Assembly: GCA_964106915.2 (NCBI GenBank) | Contig: OZ066915.1 | Origin: Podarcis gaigeae | Taxonomy: Eukaryota | DNA: 64,000 nucleotides | Strand: one strand, 5' to 3' | Shown here: positions 52,196 through 64,000 of the stretch, piece by piece | How positions within the stretch are numbered: position 1 is the first letter of the stretch | How the letters are laid out: each line of letters begins with the position of its first letter | Notes under the pieces: generated by a model | What the model was told of the DNA's origin: nothing | The model's input: only the letters and a program-made list of their open reading frames with translations | Databases searched by the model: none | Program-made: the position numbers and the translations under genes

Positions 52196-52549
52196 GGGAC
52201 GTGGGTGGCGCTGTGGGTTAAAGCACAGAGCCTAGGACTTGCCGATCAGAAAGTTGGCAGTTCAGATCCCCGCGACGGGGTGTGCTCCTGTAGCTCGGTC
52301 CCAGCTCCTGCCAACCTAGCAATTCGAAAGCACGTCAAAGTGCAAGTAGATAAATAGGTACCACTCCGGTGGGAAGGTAAACAGCGTTTCCGTGCGCTGC
52401 TCTGGTTCGCCAGAAGCGGCTTAGTCATGCTGGCCACATGACCCGGAAGCTGTACGCCGACTCCCTCAGCCAATAAAGCGAGATGAGCGCCGCAACCCCA
52501 GAGTCAGTCACGACCGGACCTAATGGTCAGGGGTCCCTTTAACTTTACT
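52196..52549 (+). mobile_element. Sauria SINE, full length, with TSD
   Basis: gggacgtgggtggcgctgtgggttaaa ... ggggtccctttaactttac; TSD taagtgatgct at 52183-52193 and 52550-52560. Confidence 0.95.
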
Positions 52550-53764
52550 TAAGTGATGCTGAATAGAGGAAAACAGCCAAATAATGATTTGAAGGTAGCC
52601 TCTGAGCTGATTCAGACATTATGTTTAGTTGATGTGAAAACTAAGCCCCACTGAACTCAATAGGACTTCTGAGTACGCATGCATAGGATGGATTGCAATG
52701 TTAATGTTTCTGTTCAGTGTTCGGGCACCTATGACTCCACAGATGTTGGACTCCAGCTCTCATCAATGCAGCCAGCACAGCCAAAAGCCACACAACATCT
52801 GGAGGGCCACAGATTCCCCACCACAGTTGGATCAATGCGTGCAAACGATGACCAAGGAGATATTGCTGGTCAGCTTCCCACCTGTTTGGCCGATAGCCTA
52901 TTTTGCCATGAGACCTCTCAGTCTAATAAAAGTCCACCACCCAGCAGAAGGGGGGGCGGAGGGGTCGATTGCTCTTTCTGATTGGTAAGGGGACAATTTT
53001 TTAGAGGGTGAGAATATCTTTAATGCCTCTCTAACAGCACACTAGGTGTCCATAGAATTATTATTCAGATCAATGGATCTAGCCTGAATCCATAAGATGT
53101 TACTTTAATATTCCGATTTTAACTATTATAAGCCACCTTAAATAACACATATATATGAGAAAGGTGTGGGATGTAATTCCTCATATAAATAAATAGTTAG
53201 CAGTCAGAACACCATAAATTACTTGTATTCATAAACATCCCTTATCTTCTCAGTTTGAAATTACTAATAAGAAGCCCAGAGCTGTAAATGTATGTCCCCT
53301 GTTTATATTTATAGGGCTATCTAGTTTGTTCTGATGAATGCATCACAATCTTTAACACACGCCTTTCCAACTAACACCCAGGACATTAAGAGACCTTTTC
53401 CAAGCTATAAAAATATATTTATTCATTAAATTATCACTCAACAGAAATGTCAGATTAGTAACATGGTATTTTTTGTATGGCATCAAAAATAATAAAAAAA
53501 TTAAATCCGCTCATGTCTCCTGGTTGCACTTCTGTGTCACATGAGGACAATATAAGAATTTTGATTGGAGCCAAACACATGATGTTTTATACCATGAGGC
53601 AAACGTTTCCTTTCCTTTGTGCAGAAAATGTTGATATAGGGACACTGTCAAACCAGCAATTTCTCTCATCAGGTCAAAGTAGTGCAGCTTCCAGTGCCAA
53701 TTGTTGTTGATTAGTCCTAATCGGTAGGGAGGGTGTCATTAGTTTTAGTATCCCTAGTGCTATG

Positions 53765-54172
53765 GTTCTCCTGTTAGGCTAAACCACGGTTTAGCAGTAC
53801 ATGCATGAGCAGGTAACCCGAGTGAAGCCTTAGGTTCATGTGCTACCCCTCCCCCTGACCACATGAACGAGAAAGCTTTACTAGGATTTAGTTCCACAAA
53901 AGCATGAGTTGCTATTTAGTTTGAACCAGAAACAAACTCCTATTAGTTAAACAAGTAAGGTTAATAAACCATGTTTTGAAGTTAGCTAGCTTAGAAACTA
54001 ACCAGAGTGTATTTTAAACTACAATTTATTGTTTGTATGTCAAATGAACATTAGTGGCAATCTGGTAAAGACCTTGCCATGGAAAGAAAAAGAAGCCAAA
54101 GCGTAATTCAAGCATGTTCCTGCTTGTGCACTTCATGCTAAACCATGGTTTAGGTTTAGCATTATGTAACAG
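53765..54172. mobile_element. AACCATGGTT-rich foldback repeat (copy 3)
   Basis: Inverted arms aaaccacggtttagca..gcatgagcagg / cctgcttgtgc..tgctaaaccatggttt. Confidence 0.55.
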
Positions 54173-57100
54173 TACAGCCAAACTTTGAATTACTTCCTGT
54201 TCGGTGAAGGACATGTCAGGAAAGTTCTATCTGCTTGATTTCAGACTTGATGAAACTTAACGTTTACCAATAATGTTAACAATCATAGATAATATCTATA
54301 AAGATTAGGAAAGCCATTTATAATATTTCATCTTAGCTCTGTTCTTAAATTAATAATATTTTCATTTGCACTCACACCTACAGTCTTCATCTGTTTGTGT
54401 GGCCACTGCCCAATAGCAGGATAATAAGTCCATCTTAAAAAGTCAGGAAAGGGAACTGTAAGACTACACAAATCGGAGAGGCCCCCGAAAACAGGTGCAA
54501 TGCTTGAAACTATTTTAAACTTTGGGTGAACATTTATTGATTTCAAGCTCCTGGCATTTTGTTAAACTTAAAGTAAAAAATTCTGCATGGAGTTTAAAAA
54601 TACGCAGGATATCGGATTTCTGAAATCCACATCTTTGAACTTATGTTAATTGCTTTGTAATATACTTAGAACAAATGCTTCTTGGTAGCTTAGCAAGCTG
54701 CATTTAACCCGTGAGATAAAATTTAAACCAGCCCACCTGCTCTAGCATATTTTTATTTATGCGTGGCATAATGCCATATGGTCCATGTTAGAGGTCCTCC
54801 AAAATATATTGCTAACTTTATAGTTAAGCAATCAAGCAAATCCAGATCGGCTGTTGCCAACTCAACGCATTTCATGTGATTTCTTGTCAATATTTATTTA
54901 TTTAAAATATTTTAAGTCTCCTTTTAGAGCTAAGCTCTCACATAGTTGCTTCCGGAAAATAGAACACAAAATAATTCATCAACATTGAAATCTAACCATA
55001 GACACTAATAAACACGAAGGAGCAGCAATAAATTCAACAGTATTAATAGCATTAAGAAAACAGTTATTTTATTTGAAAATGCATTTTTATACGTTTTGAA
55101 TTTGTTATGCAATAAATGTGGCCAAAACAGCCACAGGACTTCCTGCCTTTTCAGCCAGTGTGTATATTCAGATGTCACATCACCAAGTCATCAGATCAAG
55201 CCTTAAGAATTTGTACAACCATTTGCATTCCTTGTCTTCTGTCCCATGCAAATGTGCGCCTCTCTTTGGTGGTTACTGATAAGGTTTTTGTGAGATGCCT
55301 TCACCCAGTGTAACTGCAGTTCACTCTCAAACTAGAGATTGAAACCAGCTAAACTATTTTTATGATAATTCTGACAGCACAGTAAATCATAGCTTGCTGA
55401 TAATCACAAAAAAGATGTGGTAAATGCATGGACTGAGGGGGGAGGAAGAATGCACAAACCTGTGAGGTACTCTAAATAGCAAAATAATGGTTTGTGGTTG
55501 ATTTTGCGGTTGATGTCTGAAACAGGCCTTGGCAACACTTGAATATAATCAGTTTTAATTTACAGAATCCGTGGCCAGAAGTATTTAATAATCCACTGTC
55601 CCCTAAAAAAGGACCCCTATAAAATGTTTAATTGAGTTCAACCATATTCTGAGAAATTAAACACATATCCATTTATTTTTCTTGTTTGACATAGCTTCAG
55701 CAAAACAAACATGGCAGTTAAGAATTAACAGATGGAAGTGTGAACCCTTCACAGTACTTGAAGCATTGCTCAAGAGTATTTGATCAACGCAGATTCAAAA
55801 ACATTTCCCAACATAATATCTATTGAATTCATGTTATTCAAGGTCTGTTTGGCCTTTAATTTTTCATGGGTAACGTAGATGTTAGGAGCCCATGCATACC
55901 TGCTAAAAATGAGCAGTGCAAATTGCTGGCATACAGTTCTTGCTTTAGGACACATCTCTGAAAGCAGCTGAGAAGAGATACCTAGGTTAGCGATTCACTC
56001 TTTGTGTTGTAACAGTTAGGCAATGATGTGAGGGATGCATCTGAAATACCTGCTAAAAAGTAAGATCTAAATTCTACTGGTCTGTGCAGTTTTGGGTCCA
56101 AATATTATATGGTTTTGTGAGATTTAGAAGAAGTGATAAGCGGATGCCCTGTCTCCTTCCAATATGCACAGGGAATAATTTGGGGGAGCAGATTATTTTA
56201 CTGGGTGACTTCTAGATATTTGGCAAAATAATATGGGCTCTTAATTGGCACTGGTGTGTATTTATTCCCTATTGTCAGGGGACAGAAAAGTCTGCATATC
56301 AGCAGATTTGGGTTAGCATCTTCACTGTCTTGCCAGCCCCTGGATCTACCTGCAGTTTTGCTAGCCCCACTCTCCAGAGTGAAGAGCCAGAAACCTCAAC
56401 ATTGTCCTCAGATATCGGGGCCGGAAAGAAATGCCATGCAAGTTCCATTCCTAGGATAACTTGGGGAGTGGGCCCACATTCCTGGCCTCGCCTGAGCCTG
56501 TGAAACCTTACTGATGCCCACACATTGAGTATGGATTTATGCAATAGAGAAGTCTACGTGTGTAAACTTACATGAAAGCTGAAACACTGTGTTTTGGCTC
56601 TTGGGAAAGCTACATGCATAGAGGTTGAAGTATAGGTCTCTCTGCAGATATCCATTCTGAATGTATGGAAGTCAGAGGCAGGGCAAGGAAGCTACGTAAG
56701 CTCAGGGGCATGGCTAGTGGTGTGGCTCTGCTCCCCAGTAATTATGTGGCACAGGTTCCGCACCCTCATGTACCCATAATATCTTCCATTTTGTGATAAA
56801 TTATAACCATTGTCAGGCACGCTGGTAACAATTCTTGGCAGAAAAGTGGTGATAAATTAGTAAATAATAATACTGCAGCATCCTGACATGAGCCCCACTG
56901 TTGTTTTCACCACATTTTTGCATGTGGTGGCAGAGGGGAGAGCTCAGAACAGGCAGTGTAATAAGGTCTTAATTGGGCCATAGGGTCTGTCACAAATTTC
57001 TAGAGATAGTAAGCATCTTAGGGTGTGTGTGTAGTTTTTGCGATCCACAACATTTCTGGATGCTGTGGCAAACATACACAGCAGTGCCCTAAGGTTCCTG

Positions 57101-58034
57101 TTGTCCCTGGATACTTCTTAGCATGCTTGCAGCAGCACCTATAAACTCCGAGAACCCTGGATGCTGCAGAGCATAACTGTAGAAGCATCCAAGGCTTATT
57201 ACAGCAACAGAGCTCTGGCACTTTCCATGTTGCCCTGTTGCCAAGGAATTATTGGAAAAGGAATGGGAGATGGAGAAGGGCACTATGTAAGTATGTGTCA
57301 AAACAAACCCATTTAGGATTGGCCCAAACTCCAGGGAGGTTTGGATCCAGTCCTAAGTGGATCTGGGAAGGGCAGACCTGGTGTCTGACCCTCAACATAC
57401 CATTTTTAAACACCATCCCATAGCTTGTTTCTGTGTCCTATAGACACACAGCCATTCTATTTTAAGAGCACATACAGTAGTATTTTCTACCAGCTCACAG
57501 CCAGATTGTCATGCTTGGAAGTGAAATTTGTTCAAGGAATCTAGCTTTTTCTCCCCTCTTAGGAATTGCCTCTGGTCTCTCTCCAATTATTTTGTATGCC
57601 AACTATGTGAGAAACTCTGTAGAATATGCCTGGCACTGTGGGTTGAATGTCTAGGCAGGCTTGAAGAGCTACACTAAGGGCTGGAAGACGAAGTACAAAT
57701 CATCTACACTCTGGGTGGTTGCAGCGCCTTATTGGGATTGCATTTATCTAGCAGCATTAAACTGTTGCAGAAATTTTGCATCCCCATAGCTTTTGATCTC
57801 TAAATTGCACGTCTTAACAAACCCTATGTCTTAACAATACAGATTAAAGTAAGAAAACAGATGTCAATGGCATGACATCTGTGATGCCAATAGGGAGAAT
57901 GCAGCCTTGCCAAGATGTTCTGTGGTTTGAATTCTCATACAGCCAATGTTTCTTACACAGACTCCACATATCTGAATCCCAGATTTGGATCTAAGATGTG
58001 GTACTGCTGAATGTCTGGAACTAATGGCTGACCA

Positions 58035-58370
58035 GGCACTGTGGTCTAAACCCCTGAGCCTCTTGGGCTTGCCAGTCCGAAGGTTGGTGGTTCGAATATG
58101 CGTGATAGGGTGAGCTCCCGTTACTCTGTCCCAGCTTTTGCCAACCTAGCATTTCGAAAGCAGACCAGTGCAAGTAGATAAATAGGTACCACTGTGTTTC
58201 CGTGTGCTCGGCTTCTGTCACGGTGTTCCATCGTGCCAGAAGCTGTTTAGTCATGTGGTCTGCAGTCAAACACTGGCTTCCTCGGCCTGAAAACGAGATG
58301 AGCACCGCATCCCATAGTCGTATTTGACTGGACTTAATTGTCTAGGGGTCCTTTGCCATTTTAACTTTAC
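58035..58370 (+). mobile_element. Sauria SINE, older subfamily
   Basis: gcactgtggtctaaa..ccaacctagc..tcgaaagca..gtgcaagtagataaataggtacc..gagatgagcaccgca..ggggtcctttg. Confidence 0.88.
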
Positions 58371-61300
58371 AATTAATATTGATTGCCTATTACATGCTGA
58401 TAACAAGTAGTTATCATCCCCGTCAGCCAGCTATAGCTCTCTGCCCTGAGAGACTTGCAGTATTAATTCTGGCATGGGAAACAACAGAGGATGGGGTGTA
58501 ATGGAAGCAGGGCATAAACAGGGAGCAGTAAGGCCTGTTTCATGGGAGGGGGCTGGCCTCTTTGCATATTTTAGCTTATAGTTTGCACATTCAAAATTAC
58601 CCACTGGTTAATACTGCAGCGTAGTTGTAGGGGTGGGTTTCTATGAAGCAAGCGGATATCTTCCTTAGATTTCAAATATCTAACTCCTACTCAGAAGTAT
58701 GGCTTATTGTGGCCTTTTTCCTATGCACTTTTCCTCAGGAATAAGTCTCTTTTATTGTTTAAAATTCATATGCACACATACTTTGTTCAGAGTGTTGATC
58801 ATTTTCCCTAGCCTCCAAGGAGACCCTTTTCTTCCTCATATTCTCTACTGTAAACTTAGAACTAGCCAACCGAGTCCAATGAATCCTGTGGTTATAGGAC
58901 AAAAAAAGCCCCAACAGAGGACATAGTGGTAAGCCATTAACTATGATTAGGAAAATTAGCCATTGCACAAGGTGCGTGCTAGCTGGTGCATGTATCCCAA
59001 GGAGTCCTGCTCTTCTAGTGGGGAAACAAATCACAGAGCATCTCTGGCTTATTGTTATGCCTGAACTAGCACTCACGGCTTGTGTCTTCAAAGTAAGCAG
59101 CGACTGGGAACCCAAGAACTAGCCTTCTGCTGGAGAAGGGAGGCATGAAGTGAGAGATCTCAGTGTTCAGCCCCTTCGCAGGCCAGTTTGCTTAACAATA
59201 GTTAAGTGTTACATCTGAATGCAGCCAGTGTGTAAACTAACTTGCTTGCTTACATGCTATTTCTCATTCTGTTCTCGAATGGAAGACATCTCATATACAG
59301 ATATGTTCTATGTACTTTCTCAGCAGCCACTGTGAACCCTGTTTGCTCATTTATATATGGCTTTTAAAAGTCTCATAACCTGGGATGGAGTTGTTATTTT
59401 TTTACCTATGTGCATATGTAGTGTTTTTACAAAAAGGTGTCAGACTGGGGACATGTCAACCCTGGACCATGGGAAGAAGTGTGCTTCTAGAAGTACAGGG
59501 GATTTTCAGGAAGGTGTTGTTTGAAGTTAACCATTTTTTAATATTTCCACAAGCATTTCTTGAGTCAAAATATATAGTTGCTGTGATAGATACATCTAAA
59601 CACTGTAATCGGATTACAATGTGAGTAAAAATAGGTAGAACTCCCCTTTTCTTCTTTGTCTGTTTCTTTCTTTTGCACGATAAAACCCTAAAAGATTCTG
59701 CTGCCTTGCTAATAAAATTCACATTTCTTTTATGAGCTTGGCTTATTTTAATGAACATTTTACATTTACCGTGCTACATTAGCAAAGTGTCTCCTGATTT
59801 TATGTAACAAAGGTTTACATAGTGGTTTTCAGATTACTTTCTATACCCCTCAAAGCTCTTAAAATGCAGTATTTCAGTCAACAATTATCAACCCAAGATG
59901 GTGATGCTGCCGCTGCAATAAAAAGACAGAGGCCTGCTAAGTATCTTTTAGGGAGCTGTAATAGAATGTAATTGTTGGAAAAGAGAGTTTGTTCTCACAA
60001 GGAGCAAGAATAAGGAATCCCTACCAGCTCATCAGTCCTGAGTTATTTTACAGTAGTAAAACTAGATGCTTGCTTTGTCAAACACCATTGGAGTTAGCAA
60101 AGTAGGCTATACCGTGTTGTATTCTTGACTAATGGCCCTTACTTGAATGCTGTAACAAGTTAGAAAGATTAAAAGCCTTACCACTGTAATAATACTTCTG
60201 TCTTAGACAATACTTAGAAGGATGTTCTGATGTAGCTTACATTTTGCATTGCACTGTAGGGCAATTACAGCTTTCCCCGTATCATAATTTTTAGACAAAA
60301 GTTCCTGACAATGACCCATTCCAGAGCGATTTTCATTTATGAGCTTTACTCATGACCTGCCTTTTCCAGTCTCCAAATCCCTCTTTGGTCTCTTGATACC
60401 CTCTACCAAAATGTTTTTGCCATTCTTCATTAGGCCTGGGCAATGTATTGACCGGTGTGAGGGCCAGAGCATTATGACGCCTTCACCCAGTGGCATATCA
60501 CAGGTGGGGCTTGACTCTGCCTAGCACCCTCCTCCACCAGCCCCTGGCACGCGGAGGAACAAGCCGCATTGGCTGTTGGGGTGAAACCACTGCTTCTCCT
60601 GCTGAGGGAGCTGAGAAAGAAGCAGGTTGACAAACTGACGTGGAAAACGTATGTACTGTACGTCAACCGCTGCCATACTCACAGAGAGACACTGTTTGAC
60701 CCCCTTTTCTCTGTTCGGAAGGGAAGGGAAGGGAAGGTGGTTGTCCAATCCTGAGATCCAGTGAAATCTGGGCATGTTCAATGTGGTAGAGTTTAAGGCT
60801 CCAGTGGTGCCTTTTTTCAAACTTTTTTCAAAGAGGGCCAGATTTGATGAAGTGAAGGGCCGTGAGGGCCGATCAAAGGGCCAACCAAAGTTGCTGACCC
60901 TTTTTTATGTTTAAGCCATTGAAAACAGGAACTGAACAGGAAGAGCAAGCAGTCCCTTGTGCACTGTGGCTATTTGAGGGGATATTTACTAAGAACTACT
61001 GTGGACACCATAGGAAGTGTTGGTGGGCCCATGGGAACCACAATGGCCACCCATGTGCTAGGCCCTTATCCCTGGCACCCTGTAGAGGTAAGTGCTTATC
61101 TCATGCTCAATATCTTGTTTACCTGTTGGGCAAGTCTTTAGCATGGTACATAGGCAAACTGATTCTTCTTACACACACAGTAAACTTTCTTCACTGAAGA
61201 ACAGCCAAATTCTCCATGGATTTTTCATTTTGATATTACATTTCTTACATATATTCACCCACAATCATTGCAGGGAGGAAGCAATATCATTGTTGTATGC

Positions 61301-61372
61301 CAGTGTTACAACACAGCAGTAGTAGCAACAGCGGTAGTACCTGGAAAAAACCCCCCTCTCAAGAGGTGAGCA

Positions 61373-61633
61373 CAGTGGACGCTCGGGTTGTGAACGTGAT
61401 CCTTGCAGAAGGCACGTTTGCAACCCACAGCGTTCGCAACCTGCAGCGCCACGTCTGTGCACGCGCAGGTTGTGATTTGGAGCTTCTGCGCATGTGCAAA
61501 GTGCGATTTAGCGCTTCTGCACATGTGCGAGCCCCGAAACCCGGAAGTAAGCCATTCCGGTACCTCCGGGTTTTGGCACATCCGTAACCCGAAAACACGC
61601 AACTTGAAGCGTCTGTAACCCAAGGTATGACTG
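61373..61633. mobile_element. Tc1/mariner (Tigger-like) MITE, family D
   Basis: cagtggacgctcgggttg ... taacccaaggtatgactg|TA; CpG-rich; subterminal gtaaccc repeats. Confidence 0.8.
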
Positions 61634-63062
61634 TATTGCCAAAGTGATTCTTCATGATTGCTGTAGAACAGTTTATCAAAAAGCACAGTACAGATACTTG
61701 GGCCTTTCACCTCCTCTTGCTGGCTCCATCATCTGTAGGTAGTAGTCTTTAAGACATTCTCTCCCAACCAGCATGCCAGTTTTGAATTTAATACAGCCTT
61801 AGCAGGAATCATATCCCCTTTTCTTCATCCTGCTGGAGCAAAGCTTTTCCTGCTGCTTAAAACTGTAATTTTGGATAAAAGGATATGTAATAACTTCAAA
61901 AAAAAAAATGTGAGAAGATCTTCTGTTAATACAGGATAAACTCCCTTTAACTTCAGAAAGCTTAAAGTCAAATTTGGCAGAGCTTACAAGGGTGGTATAT
62001 ATGGAGGCTGGATTGTAGTAACCACCAATATATCCAGGGGAGAAAAAAAAAACTTTTTATCTGTTTTGGATTATGTTAGACGTCTGCTGGACTGCCCTGT
62101 CTTATTCTGCACATGCCTGGCAGGTACGAGGCAAGAGTTCCCCTGGTGCTTGCTACTTTCTAGAGGGCTTCAGTATATGAATTTGGCATTTTACAATCTC
62201 TGACTCTTCCTCCTCTACCACCTCTGAGCTGCGTGTTACATTGGTATAAAATGTGGTAACTTTTTCTAAAGAAGAATTCTGGGCAATAAGTCTTCAAGAT
62301 TGTAACTAAGACCAAGAGCTATCATTTGTTTCTGTCATTTCACCCTTTATGGAAATAAAATAAACCAATAGGCTAACATAATGCCTAACTGAAGCGTGAT
62401 TCAACCAATTGTCTTCTTATTTTTATTTTTAAATGTGTGTGTTGGTTAAATCTTGTAATGAAAGGGGAGCTGTTGTTGTTGTTTAATGCTGGAACCTGAT
62501 TTTGAATTCTTCTAAAACAAAATAATTGGGATTACTTTAGAAATCAGAATAAAACCCATCTGCAATTGAAGTTTCGTGATCTATAGTAAGATTGCATAAG
62601 GGCACAGAATGAGGCATCTGATTAATTATGGTTTTTTCCGGCTTTTTTGGCATTCTGTTTATGACAATTACACGACTCTTTATTAACTCTCTGGAAGAAA
62701 GCAGTGTTACAGGATGAGAAGAGACTTCCTTCATCTGTTACCCCGTAGGTAATTTTTGTGCTTTTTCCAATATTTAAGTGCCTCTTAACTGCTTGCTGTC
62801 CATCTGTATACCATTCATAGTACTGTAAACTAGTATATGTAGCATGACCTTGTAACTTGCTTTGTTTGTGCATCTGCCAGGACAATATGTTGCCTTTCCT
62901 TAAAATGCAAATATGCTGCATACGGCAGAGAGCTCCTTAGTCAATAAATAAATTGAGGTTAAAAAAAAAAGCCCTGTACCTAATACCCATTTAATTTAAA
63001 TTCATTTTATAAACATAAAGACGCCTTTTAAGAGAAGCTTTAATTCAGACTAGCACCTTGAT

Positions 63063-63331
63063 NNNNNNNNNNNNNNNNNNNNNNNNNNNNNNNNNNNNNN
63101 NNNNNNNNNNNNNNNNNNNNNNNNNNNNNNNNNNNNNNNNNNNNNNNNNNNNNNNNNNNNNNNNNNNNNNNNNNNNNNNNNNNNNNNNNNNNNNNNNNNN
63201 NNNNNNNNNNNNNNNNNNNNNNNNNNNNNNNNNNNNNNNNNNNNNNNNNNNNNNNNNNNNNNNNNNNNNNNNNNNNNNNNNNNNNNNNNNNNNNNNNNNN
63301 NNNNNNNNNNNNNNNNNNNNNNNNNNNNNNN
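63063..63331. other. N block (269 bp)
   Basis: Run of N. Confidence 0.99.
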
Positions 63332-64000
63332 TGTCAGAGCTGTGAAGTCTGGCAAGAAATAGTGTTATTAGATAAACCCACAGTGCCCAAATCCCATTTT
63401 CTTTTCATTACAGTGTCAAAATAATTATACCTGTGTAATTTGGGTAAGAAATTGTAGAATAAGTAAAATGGTCCATCGTAACAGATTGCTTTAAGGCTGT
63501 GTTATTATGGGGTGGGGTTTTCGTCAGGCTGTAGGAAAAGAAAACGGCGTTATAAAAAAGTATTCAAAATTTCATTTGAATAACGATAATGTAGCTAACC
63601 TATCATATTATTTGCAGGAACATGAGAAGGCAAATGCTGTATTCCATATATCTCTATCTATATAGTTATATAGCCGTGCAGTCTTTTACAGAAGAGAGTT
63701 AAAAGGTGAAGGGTTTTTCCCCCCCTTTCTTTTTCTTTTAACACTTCAGAGATTCTGACCTGAGATTCATCAAAAGAATTCCAGAGGTATTGCGTGAAAT
63801 CTTGTGCGATCAAGGACTCTTGGAAAGTGATTGTATATTGAAAGGCTTAAGAGTAATAAGAATTGAGTAATTCTTGGAATGTGGCCAGAAGTTATAAGTG
63901 TTTACGAATGTGTGTTTATATTTAGCGCATCTACACACCAAATCTGTCTCAGGGGCATAAGTGATATTTCTTTTTACAGTGAGTCCTAGAACGCTGTTTA

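Noticed and set aside
61265-61710. Five overlapping ORFs
   Set aside because: Produced by a stop-poor GC-rich MITE; no transposase motif
1-64000. Naming the host gene or species
   Set aside because: No recognisable coding exon; the repeats support a squamate, probably lacertid, origin but nothing finer

Overview
Vertebrate non-coding DNA, almost certainly from a squamate and most likely a lacertid lizard: Sauria SINEs, Squam3-type SINEs, BovB, L2, CR1 and L1 fragments, and many TA-flanked Tc1/mariner (pogo/Tigger-like) and 8-bp-TSD hAT MITEs occur together. No host protein-coding exon can be recognised. Every interpretable ORF is a retroelement fragment (L2 RT C-terminus, BovB RT C-terminus, CR1 ORF1 esterase/ORF2, L1 ORF2 C-terminus). 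Between the repeats lie AT-rich, TAAT-rich unique blocks that look like conserved enhancers, so the window is probably a large intron or gene desert near a developmental regulator (inference; the gene is not identifiable). The most notable observations are (1) an apparently complete ~1.13-kb non-coding, L1-style retroelement with a 21-bp TSD, (2) three odd-length N blocks in unique enhancer-like DNA that may be masked ultraconserved elements, (3) a nuclear-receptor half-site cluster with a DR2, (4) nested TE insertions and (5) a MITE family with a variable number of 16-bp subterminal repeats. TE family names come from recalled consensus motifs, not from a database search.
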